Source: Azolla caroliniana
Lineage: Eukaryota; Plantae; Polypodiophyta
NCBI GenBank assembly: GCA_043228905.1
Contig: JBHGNT010000002.1
Coordinates: 14,818,001-14,882,000 of the forward strand
DNA: 64,000 nt
Direction of reading: 5' to 3'
Position numbers and translations under genes: made by a program. The notes beneath the pieces were generated by a model. The model did not search any database. It worked only from the letters and a program-made list of their open reading frames with translations, and was not told where the DNA came from. Below are positions 53,680 through 64,000 of this stretch, piece after piece (positions within the stretch are counted from its first letter, which is position 1; every line of letters begins with the position of its first letter).

Positions 53680-53781
53680 AACAAAACCCGTCGATAGAAT
53701 GAGACCCATGGAAAGTCCATTGATACCTGAACTCCAATGGAAATTAATAGAGTTCATCCAGTTTAAATTTTCTACCAACTG
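53680..53781 (-). pseudogene. ndhD: Plastid ndhD fragment (NUPT)
   Basis: Manual translation QLVENLNWMNSINFHWSSGINGLSMGLILSTGFV resembles NdhD QL.EDY.WI....FHW.LGIDGLS.G.ILLTGFI. Confidence 0.8.
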
Positions 53782-54608
53782 CTGCAGGAATGGTTAGAGC
53801 CATACCCAAGTGAAAAATAATATTATCTAAATGCATTTCGCTGCAAACTCCTTTCTTTTTACCTAGTGAGAGGAAAGTGCCTTAAGAAGGCATTTCAAGA
53901 CGAAAGTAGGCTTTTTGGTAGCTCTTCCACGGAAGGGCGACTTTCTTCCTATATTTCGATTGTGAGTATTTGCCCGAGATCCAATCCTCAAACCGCTCGT
54001 CCGTATCCATATCGCTCTCTATAGTTACTATGGAATCTACCCCATCTAATGATACTGTCTCTTAGGGTAGATCCAGGTATGTCTGGAGAAAGTCATTGAT
54101 GAACGTTACGTAGTATCGGCAACCACCGAATGTTGTCGTCTGGGCTGGTCCCCATACATTTGAATGTATTACATGTAGGATCCCTTTGCTTACGTTCCTC
54201 TCCTTTGGGAACGGTTGAAGGTGTTGTTTGCCAAATTGACAAGCTTCGCACACGCCTGTTCTCTCCTTTTCGGTAAAAGTCGGAAGTCCGAAGACAACTC
54301 CTTTCGAGTGCATTCCTCTCAACTTTTGGAGGTTAATGTGGCCAATTCGCTTGTGCCATGGTTCTATGTCGGTGTCGGCTCTTTGGACCTTGGCATACAT
54401 TGCCAAGTTCATCTCGTGAGAGTCGAGGATGAACATCTGACCTTCTCTGCAACCACGAGCGATGATTCAGCCTTCTTTTTCGATGAAGCATCCTCCATCG
54501 TTGAAGCAGACTTGCATGCCTTGTTCGACTATCTGGCCAAGTGAGACCAAGTTCTTTGTTATTGTAGGAACATGCAAAACGTTCTTGATGTAGGTTTTGT
54601 TGCTTTCT

Positions 54609-57600
54609 TGTTGAGAGACAAGCTCAACATTCGTCCATAATACGGTGCGTAACCTAGTGCGTAGACTAGGTGCATAAAATAGTACATATAACCTGGCCGT
54701 ATCGGTGCGTAAACCAAAAGGCCGTTAGAGAGATATTCCTCGTAAGGAATAATTTTGGGAGTACGTGTCAAGGCTCATTTATGAGCAGTCAAGTACTGTC
54801 AGTACTTGTGTCAGCCCGATAGTCAGGGCTTGTATAAAAGTTGCTCATTGAGCACGGTGTATGTACAAATCGAGTATTATTTTGAATTGAGTTTCTGTGT
54901 GTTCTCTCTGTCTCTGTCTCTCCCGCGTACTGTGTATATTCAAGCTCTCCATTAAACCTGCGTATTTTCTATGTTCAGTTTTCTATTGCTTCTGCATGCT
55001 ATTCTTTACATAGTATTAGAGCGCGAGTGTTGAGAACCTCTGCAGCCGACCTAGCTTAAAAGGAAAACCAACCAAGAAGAACAGGTAAAACCGATGGATA
55101 GAGGCATGGCTAGCTCGCTTCCAATGGTGAAGCTCAACAGAAACAACTACGCATCTTGGTCCTACAAGATGCACCAGTACCTGCTCAGGCACGGTTACTG
55201 GAGCTATGTCGACGGAGCAAATGACAAAGCACCCGAATCGACACACAAAGATTTCCCGGTGTGGGAATAGTCGACGAGCAGAGTAATGTACTGCTTCGCG
55301 CCTTGTGTGGGCGAACAACTCCTAAGCTACATTCGGGTTGCAAAAATGGTGACAAAGCACCCGAATCGACACACAAAGATTTCCCGGTGTGGGAACAGTC
55401 GACGAGCAGAGTAATGTACTACTTTCGCGTCTTGTGTGGGCGAACAGCTCCTAAGCTACATTCGGGTTGCAAAAATGGTGAAAGATGCTTGGGGAAATCT
55501 GAAGAAGATTTTCGCCGCAAGCATTATAGCCAGGAAGCTTCAACTCTGACAAGAGTTGAGCAACCTACGACAACGCGACTTGTCGGTGGCTGATTACACC
55601 TCGAAGATCAAAGATATATGGGACTCCTTAGCCTCCATCGATGTGAACGTCGAAGAAGGCGAGATGGTGCGGATCTGTCTCGGGGGACTGGCGTCAAGGT
55701 TTGGAGCGTTCCGAACTGTTGTGTGTACATGGGAGAATACGCCGTCATTTTTCGACTTACAGTCGATGCTGCTTGTGGAGGAGAACCACGCCAGTGTGTC
55801 AACAAGTGCACCCACCGACAGTCGAATGTTGTTCACGGAGGTGGATCGGCCCCGTGGTCGTGGCGGATGAGGCGAGTCGGTGCGCAATGGAGGCGGCCGA
55901 CGGGACCAAGGAAGAAGGCACCGAAGTGATGCAGACAGCAACTCCGGACCCTCCGGAAACAAGGGGAGTTGAAGCGACGAGAACCGGCAAGGGAAATCCG
56001 CCACCGAATGCTAGTGTTGTGGCAAGAAAGGCCATAGGGAGAGCGAGTGCTAGAAAAAGCGCGCCGATTCCGAGAGAACTGGGTCTGGATCAGGTTCCAG
56101 ACAGACCGACAAGGGTAGTTAGCAAAAATCACACTACGCTGAAGAGGCCGAAGAAGGGTCAGCCTTCGTGACGAGACACGAAGTGAACTCGATCAAGAAG
56201 TCCACCCCGAAATCAGACATGGTGTGGTACCTCCACTCCGGCGCGTCAAACCACATGACGTGCCACAAGGAGTGGTTCTCATACCTTGAGAAACCGATGC
56301 AACCGGGAGTAGTCGCAACCGGAGACGATACTCCGCATCCGATCGCGAATGTCGGTGAAGTTCCCCTAAGCCATGTCGGGCAAAAAGGGAAATGCATGAA
56401 TGTGTTACATGTCCCGACAATCATGAAGACCTTGGTGTCGGTTGGACAGATCGTCGACTAGGGAATGCAAGTCCGGTTCACGCATCTTGGGTGCTTCATC
56501 GAGGAAGAAGGCCGAGTTATTGCGCAAGGGCGCAGAGACGAGAGGATTTTTATCCTCGACTCTAGTGACTGTGGTACCGTAATGTTCATGAAAGGAGAAA
56601 AAATTGAGTCGGATATCGACTTATGGTACAAGCGGATAGGCCACATCCACTATCAACGGCTTTAGGACCTGCAATCGAAACAGGTGGTGTTCGGATTGCC
56701 CAAATTTAGTGGCCTGAAGGCACAAATTTGTGAAGCCTGCCAGCTAGAGAAGCAACACCGACTTCCCTTCCTTAACGAGCGTAACCGTAGCCGGAACAAG
56801 CTCGATTTGATACATTCCGATGTATGGGGGCCGAAACGGAACGTTAGTCTTGGTGGGAGTTGATAATTTGTCTCCTTCATCGACGACTATACGCGGCACA
56901 CGTGGATCTACCTCATCGAGAAGAAGAGTGAAGTCTTCAAGTGTTTCTGGAACCTCAAAGGGTTTGTGGAAACGAAAACAAGATGAAAGATCAAGTGCTT
57001 GCGGTTGGATGGTGGAAAGGAGTACTTTTCCGGTCAATTCAACGGGTCTCTACAACAGATGGGAATTCGGCGCGAATTCAGTTGTAGATACACGCCGGAG
57101 CAAAATAGCGTGGCCGAGAGGAAGAACCGGTCAATTGTAGAAGCAGCATGGGCAATGCTGGAGGAAAAGAGCTTGCCCAAGTTCTATTGGGCCGAGGTGG
57201 TACAAACCGCGGTGTACATCCAGAATCGGATCGGAGAAAAAGTGTCGGCGCATGAGCTATATTTTGGAAGAAAGCCGAATCTGCGACACTTGAGAGTTTT
57301 CGGTAGCATTGCATATGTGCATGTGCCGAAGGAGAAATAGAGGAAGCTGGACGCGAAAGTCGAGAAGAGTATCTTGGTTGGCTATTCGGACGAGCAGAAG
57401 GGTAATAAGTGTTATAACCCACGCACCAAACAAGCGCGCGTGAGCCGCGATGTTGTGTTTGACGAGTCTGTGTCCTGGTACTTGCCTCCAACTCCGGACC
57501 TCACCTCCAATCCGAGTTCTGATGATGAGGCCAATGAGGCCAAGACGCCTCCGCATGAGCATGAAATCGGGACCCGTGAAGAGAGTCTGATTTCGTTTCG

Positions 57601-60394
57601 GTTAAGCGGACCGGATGAGCGACTAAGTCGGTTCGACCAGTCCGATAAAGAGCCGGCGAGTAGTGGAGACTCAGTCGTGCATTCCCCGCATAGGAAGCTG
57701 AGGAGACAGCTTACGCGCAAGGAAAAAGGGAAGAAGAAGGTGTCGGATTACGGCATGGATAGGAACGAGTCGGATATACGCGAGTCTGACTCAGAGGCCA
57801 GTGATGATGGGTCTTCGAGAGAAAAATCCGCGTCGGCCAAGAAAGCCTCAACTTCAGCTAATGAGCAATTACGCCAATCTACCTGACAGAAGAACCCAGT
57901 TGTGCGGTTTGGTTACAACGAGTACATGGCGCATCACTATGCGTACATGACGCGTGTAGTGGAAGTGCATGAGCCAAAGAGCTACGTAGAAGTGGTGAAG
58001 GACACGAATTGGCGTGCCGAAATGGAGGAAGAGATGCACGCATTGGCGGAGAATGAAACCTGGGACCTGGTTGACGACCGAAAGGTGTGAAGCCAATCGG
58101 ATGTAGGTGAGTGTACAAGATCAAGTACAACACTGACGGCTCAGTCAACCGATACAAGGCCCAGTTAGTAGCGAAAGGCTACGCGTAGAAATACGACATC
58201 GACTACGATGAGACGTTTGCGCCGGTCGCGAAGATGACGACCATCTGTGTTTTGCTCACGGTAGCTACGGCAAAGGGGTGGCACTTATATCAGATGGATG
58301 TAAAGAATGTGTTCCTCCAAGGTGAGCTTGAGGAACAAGTGTACATGGTATAGTCCCTCGGATTTCACTCTAGAACGAACACTTCGGCGGTGTGTCGATT
58401 GAAGAAGTCCTACGAACTAAAGCAAGCCCCGCGTGCCTAGAACACAAAGATCACGCAACGATTACATTGGATGGTCTTTGCGACGTCAAAATCGGACTCC
58501 TCATTGTTCATCCGGAAAGGTTGACTTGGGCCGGTTAGCATTTTATTTTATGTTGATGACTTGGTCATCACCGGCGCCAACCTAGGTCAGATCAACCACG
58601 TGAAGCTCCAGCTTGCAGCATCGTTCGACATGAAGGATCTGGGGAACCTTCATTACTTCCTCAAGATCGAAGTGATCCGCACCTCCGAAGGCATACTGAT
58701 CAGCCAACGGTATTACGTGCTGAGTATGCTCTTCAAATTCGGGATGGCCGACTGTAAGTCCTTCTCGACTCCTTTGGATAGAACCGTTAAGTTCACCCCG
58801 ATTCCGGAAAGGTATGCGACCCGATGAGGTTCCGACAAATAGTCGGAAGCCGTATATACTTGACCATCACCCGACCAGATCTCAGCTACCCGGTCGGGGT
58901 GATTAGTCAATTCATGGCGCGACCTACTGAGGAGCACCTTCAGTGTGCGCAACGCGTACTGCGCTACGTAAGTGGCACTAAGGAACGAGGGCTACTATAT
59001 CGGTCCAGTACAGCCCCGCAGTTGGTCGGCTAAACCAATGCCGACTAGGCCGGCAATGTCGCCGATCGTCGATCCATGTCCAGTTTCGCATTCTCTCTTG
59101 GGAGTGCCGCGATCGCGTGGAGTAACAAGAAGCAGCCGACATTTGCACTGTCGAGCACCAAAGCCGGGTATAGAGGAGCGGTTGTAGCGACAGGCGAAGC
59201 CATATGGTTGAAGTGGCTACTTAAGGATCTGCAAGTGGAGGTATCCGATCCAACGACAATCTACTGCGATAACCTCATCAGCATCCAACTCACAAAAAAC
59301 ACCATTTTCCATGCCCAGACTAAGCACATTGAGGTGCACTAGCATTTTGTCCGCGAGCGTGTACTCTCCGGTGAAGTCGAACTTCAGTATGTTCTGACGG
59401 ATCGGCAGAATGCCGACGTCTTCACCAAGCCTCTTGGTCTGGACAAGTTGTAGCAATTCTCAGGTGTGCTTGGGTTGCGTCACCTCGACGTGCCAAACTT
59501 GAGGGGGAGAGATGTCCCGAATGACCACGGAGGAGGGAGAGAAGCTTTGGAAGACTACGACGCTGAGTCGGTTGAGGAAGTCGAGGGCGGATCCACGGAA
59601 GATTCCGAAAGTAGACACAAGGGGAGCAGTTGAAAGGAAGAGCCAAAGCCAACCAAGTGTGGGGGAGGCGAAGCCATCAAGGGCAAGAAGACTAAAGACG
59701 AGTTGGAGACAACCAACTTGGACGAAAGCGAAAATCGATCAAAGGAAGCCGAGTCGGTTCGGATGTTTGATTCGGATACGCTGAATCAACCAAGGGCCAA
59801 GCGGAAGAGAAGGCAGAAGAAGAGGTGCCAAAACTGCAACAACAAAGAAGCTGAGAAGGGCCGTGTTAGCAGACAAGCTGACTGCAAGGATCGAGGCGTG
59901 TGGAATCTAACGGGTCGAGGCGTGAAGCTAGAAGGAACCGGAGCGTAGATTCGGTGAAGCAGGTGGATCCTCAAGTTGAGCTTGAGGGGGAGTGTTGAGA
60001 GACAAGCTCAACGTTCATCCATAATACGGTGCATAACCCAGTGCATAGACTGGGTGCATAAAATAGTACCCATAACCGGGCCGTATCGGTGCGTAAACCG
60101 AAAGGCCGTTACAGAGATAATCCTCGTAAGTAATAATTTTGGGAGTAAGTGTTGAGGCTCATTTATGAGCAGTCAAGTACTGTCAGTACTTGTGTCAGCC
60201 CGATAGTCAGGGCTTGTATAAAAGGTGCTCACTAAGCACGGTGTATGTACAGATCGAGTATTATTTTGAATTGAGTTTCTGTGTGTTCTCTCTGTCTCTG
60301 TCTCTCCTGCGTACTGTGTATATTCAAGCTCTCCATTAAACCTGCGTATTTTCAGTGTTCGGTTTTCTATTGCTTCCGCATGCTATTTTTTACA
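54609..60394 (+). mobile_element. Full-length degenerate Ty1/Copia element
   Basis: 402-bp LTRs 54609..55010 and 59993..60394; TSD TTTCT; degenerate iMet PBS TAGTATTAGAGC at 55011; PPT 59982..59992; gag-PR-IN-RT-RH fragments in Copia order. Confidence 0.96.
55222..55477 (+). repeat. 128-bp tandem duplication in Copia gag
   Basis: TGACAAAGCACCCGAATCGAC unit starts at 55222 and 55350. Confidence 0.92.
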
Positions 60395-62024
60395 TTTCTT
60401 CCCCAAATGGGACATTGTCGACATGTTGAATGGGGTGAATTGTATCATCCCTAGTTTCCACATAGCCGGGTCAATCAGGGTTTCATAGCTCCTTCAACCA
60501 ATCCTCGTGGGATGTCATGTGTTTGGATGCACCCAAGTCGACAAACCATACATCTTCTGGTTTGGAGGTGTTGGTCAGGTTGGAGGCTATCATGGATTTC
60601 ACTCTGTGCCTCATCACAAACATTCCGCCATGATTGTCAGAGTCAGAATTCGAGGCATAGTTTGTGAGTTGTCGGCTTGTGGAGGCTGAATCACTCTTCT
60701 TTTTCCGACACTTTGCCTCAAAGTGGCCGAATTTACCACAGTATCCGCACTGAGCAGGATTATTTTGTTGGAGACTGGGTCCGGCTGATTGCTCCCCCTT
60801 CCTTCGGACGCTCTACCTCACGCATTTGACACGTCTTGTCGGTAATAGAAGTTATGTTCTCGAGGTTGCTCTTGGTTGTGTCGGCCTTGGCCGAATCGGC
60901 CTGTTCTTCCCCTACCTTGTCTTCTTCCTCCATTGAAGTTCGAATAGAGCATTTGTCTTTCTTGCGCATTCCTTCTTGTTCGAACATGATTCTCCTCGAC
61001 CAGCAACACCGATAGGAGATCGAAGAAGCAGGGAGGATCTCGCGAGGACTACCGACCCAGTGGCTACAAACCGAGGTGCTAAGCCTCTGAGGCAAATCTG
61101 CATCATTTCATCATCATCAATGCTAACATTGATCGACCCGAGGGCATCGCACAGCTCCTTGATCTTCAAGGTGTCGTTGCCGATTGACATGTCCCTGATG
61201 TTGTATACCGTTGAACGCTTGATGGAGTTGAAGCGTTCTTGCCACCCTATTGGCCGCAAAATCTTCTTGAGGTTCCCCCACGCCTCCTTCGGCATTTAGG
61301 CCTCCCTGATGTAGCCAAGCATGTCATCATGGATGCATGATGCAAGGCAATACAACACACGATTCGCTGCTTGCTCCCAAGCTAGGTAGTCAGCATGTGT
61401 TCGGTTGGGTTGATTCTTGTTTGCCCCTTCAACATAACTCCAATAGCCTTGGCTGACAATGTATTGGTGCGTCTTGTGCTCCCAAGATGCAAAGTTGTTT
61501 TTTTCAAGTTTTTCGGTTGGAAGAGAGCTTCCCATTTGTGTGTTCATGTCGAGCTTCTTCTTCTTCTTCTTTTATGCGAATTGTGCTAATTGTTGCTACA
61601 ACGATAAACCGGTTCTTTTCAAACGTAGAATCAGGCACAACACACACAAAAGATCGTCTTCAATCAAGCTACCATGCACTCTGATACCATGTAGGGAATC
61701 AATGACGATTCTGTGCAGTGGAAGAACGGTGTGTGTGTGTGTGTAGAGAGAGAGGGAGAGAGGGCTCGCGATTAATGAAAAAACAGAAAATTGTATTAAC
61801 AAGGAAAAACAAGAATAGCCAACACTTATAATGACAAGGAGGAGGTGCTTATGTAGTCATCTTTTCTCTAAGTTCTCTTATTAGTACCACCTCTTGGGAA
61901 ACAGGTCATGTCTTAACTACCTAAGGAATATGTGTCATAGAACATTAACTTCTATGACACACTAGTTACTATACAAGGAGGTGGGATGTTCCCACACACA
62001 GGAATTTGAGTTTGCTTCTCAACG

Positions 62025-63354
62025 ACCCCACATATATATGTGTGAACGAGCTCTAGGGGTTGCCGTACAGTCGCATAGTGGAGAGAGTGCAGACTTCAGG
62101 TTTGTTTCCTGTATAGACAATGCTCGCAGAAGTCCGTCTTTGCTTGGAGTTTCGGAATATAGCCAACCGCCATCAGCCGATCGTGTCTGGCTTGTGACAT
62201 ATGGCCGAGTTGGCCATGCCATAAGTTCGGGTCAATCTTTTTGGATACGTTCACGTCCCCTTTTGGATTGATCTCCATCATTGGATACAAATTATTGTAT
62301 TTTTGTACGTTCCCAATGGCAAAATAGAGCCGACCGGCTTCGTTTCTGACATGTTGAATCTCTTCGAGATCTTTGTCACATATTTCTTTTGTGACAGCCA
62401 CAACACTTTCTTAGTTCTACCTCGAACTTTGTACATCCCCAAGATCTGTTTAGCCAGTCCAAGACAACTTGCCTAGTGGTTTCTTAAAGCTCACGATCCT
62501 CTTTGTGTCTTGTCAGGTTATCAACATGTCATCCACATATAAAAAGAGAATCAAGAAGTCACCTTCATCGTACCTTTTTACAAACACACAGTGATCTACT
62601 TGTGTTTTGTGGAACCCATGTTCTAAAATGAAGGACTTAAACTTCTTGTACCATTGGCATGGAGCTTGTTTCAACCCATACACGCTTTTCTTTAGTCGAT
62701 ACATCAGGTTCTCTTTCCCCTTCTCCACAAAGCCTTCGGGTTGTTGCATGTAGATCTCTTCATTAAGCTCCCCGTGCAAGAATGGTTTCCTGGCATCCAA
62801 TTGTTCGATCTCCAGATCCATATTCACAGCTATGCTCAGAATAGTTTGGATGGATGTCATCTTCACGATTGGTGCAAAAATCTCGTCAAATTCGACACCC
62901 TTTTTCTGTTGAAACCCCTTCACCACAATGCAGGCTTTATATCTGGGTGCACTATCTGCGTCTCTGGTCTTCACCTTGTAGACGCATTTATTTCTGAGTG
63001 CCATCTTACGTTTCGGTAACTCCACCAGCTCATAGGTGTAATCTACATGCAAGGTGTCCATCTGGTCTTGCATTGCACTCAGCCATTTTTCTTTGTGCTC
63101 ATTAGCTATGGCTTCTTCATAGCACTCAAGTTCACCTTCATCAGTCAAGAGGATGTATTGACTGCATATGTAGTCGGTGCTCTTCTTTCTCTGAGTGGGT
63201 ATCTCCTTCTACCTGTTGTTGGCTCTAGTTCGGATATCCCTGCCAACTCTTCTCTTGGCTCTAGGTGTAATCTACATGCAAGGTGTCCATCTCGTCTTGC
63301 ATTGCACTCAACCATTTTTCTTTGTACTCATTGGCTATGGCTTCTTCATATCAC
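62025..63354 (-). pseudogene. Rearranged Copia fragments (RT joined to GAG-pre-integrase)
   Basis: ORF 62513..63148 (YGLKQAP, LYVDDML); ORF 62096..62401 (LWHGQLGHMS, FCEHC); ~92-bp duplication at 63033 and 63262. Confidence 0.85.
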
Positions 63355-64000
63355 TGTTAGGAACAATACTAAGACAGAGAAGGAATTAGTACTAAATGAA
63401 GGATTAGTACTATGAGAGGTGTAGAACTTCTTTAAGAGAAGGAAGAAGTGAGCGAGACGGAGAGAAAGAGAGAGAGGGAGAGAGGGAGAGAGTGATGATA
63501 AGAAAGATATGTATTATGTGAAGAGAATATACAATGGTGGCTAAAAGGCTTAAGACTAGCGTTGAACCAATTTGGTTCAACATAATGCCTAGTGCCCTCT
63601 TTTATAGTGTTTTCAGGAGTAATCCTGAAGCTTCTAGAATGTTCCAGAGAAAATGGTCAAGATCTTGACCCATATAACCTAAGGTCATGGGTTCGAGTCT
63701 TTCCATATCATGACACTATCCCCCCTTTAAAACGACGAGTGTCACGAGTCGTCTTGGATTGAGGACCCGGTTTGTGTGGATATTGACGATGGAAGTCTTC
63801 AAGAAGAGCACGAGCATTGGTCACATTCTCAATCTGTTCCCAAGTACGTTCGTTGGGACTATAGCCTAGCCAATCGATTAGATAGTAGATCTTGTTACGA
63901 ACAATCTTGGAATCAAGGATGGCGGAAACCTCGTACTCCGGCCCATCTTCAAGCTCGATCGAGGGTGGAGGTTGTATAAGACGTCCTGGGATGGTGCTCT
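63355..64000 (-). mobile_element. 3' end of a second Tcn1-like chromovirus (3' LTR 63355..63715, PPT, chromodomain); runs off the right edge
   Basis: TGTTAGG...CATGACA followed by inverse PPT CTATCCCCCC; minus strand EYEVSAILDSKIVRNKIYYLIDWLGYSPNERTWE. Confidence 0.9.

Larger units (their letters stand above)
52490..62024 (-). mobile_element. 3'-truncated Copia (5' LTR 61690..62024, iMet PBS, gag, PR, IN); hosts filler DNA and another Copia
   Basis: Inverse PBS CTCTGATACCA before TGTAGGG at 61690; gag KLEKNNFASW; GAG-pre-integrase WHKRIGH, CEACQFGKQ; IN TPQQ..VAERKN. Confidence 0.88.

Overview
Eukaryotic, not prokaryotic, DNA. The window is gene-free heterochromatin-like sequence, most likely from a non-seed land plant (moss, liverwort, lycophyte or fern; the host is inferred). 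It consists almost entirely of nested, decaying LTR retrotransposons (Ty1/Copia, Tcn1-like chromoviruses, non-chromovirus Ty3/Gypsy with an extra 3' ORF, and a tRNA-Trp-primed non-autonomous element). It also holds a hAT-type MITE, a TIR element with palindrome arrays, and a 1 kb filler patch with plastid fragments. Most boundaries are fixed by LTR termini and target-site duplications (TSDs) read by eye. Standout observation: two distinct Gypsy families with unrelated LTRs have no polypurine tract. In its place, exactly 2 nt before the 3' LTR, lies an inverted tRNA-Arg primer-binding-site-like motif, in addition to the normal 5' PBS. This suggests both cDNA strands may be tRNA-primed. Other points of interest: a conserved ~1000-aa extra ORF that is retained alone in tandem non-autonomous derivatives, tRNA-like Pol III sequence and Tf1-type self-priming signatures in the chromovirus LTRs, a Copia Pol extension past a duplicated PPT, and a plastid ndhD fragment with apparent unedited C-to-U sites. 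tRNA and family assignments come from recall, not from searches.
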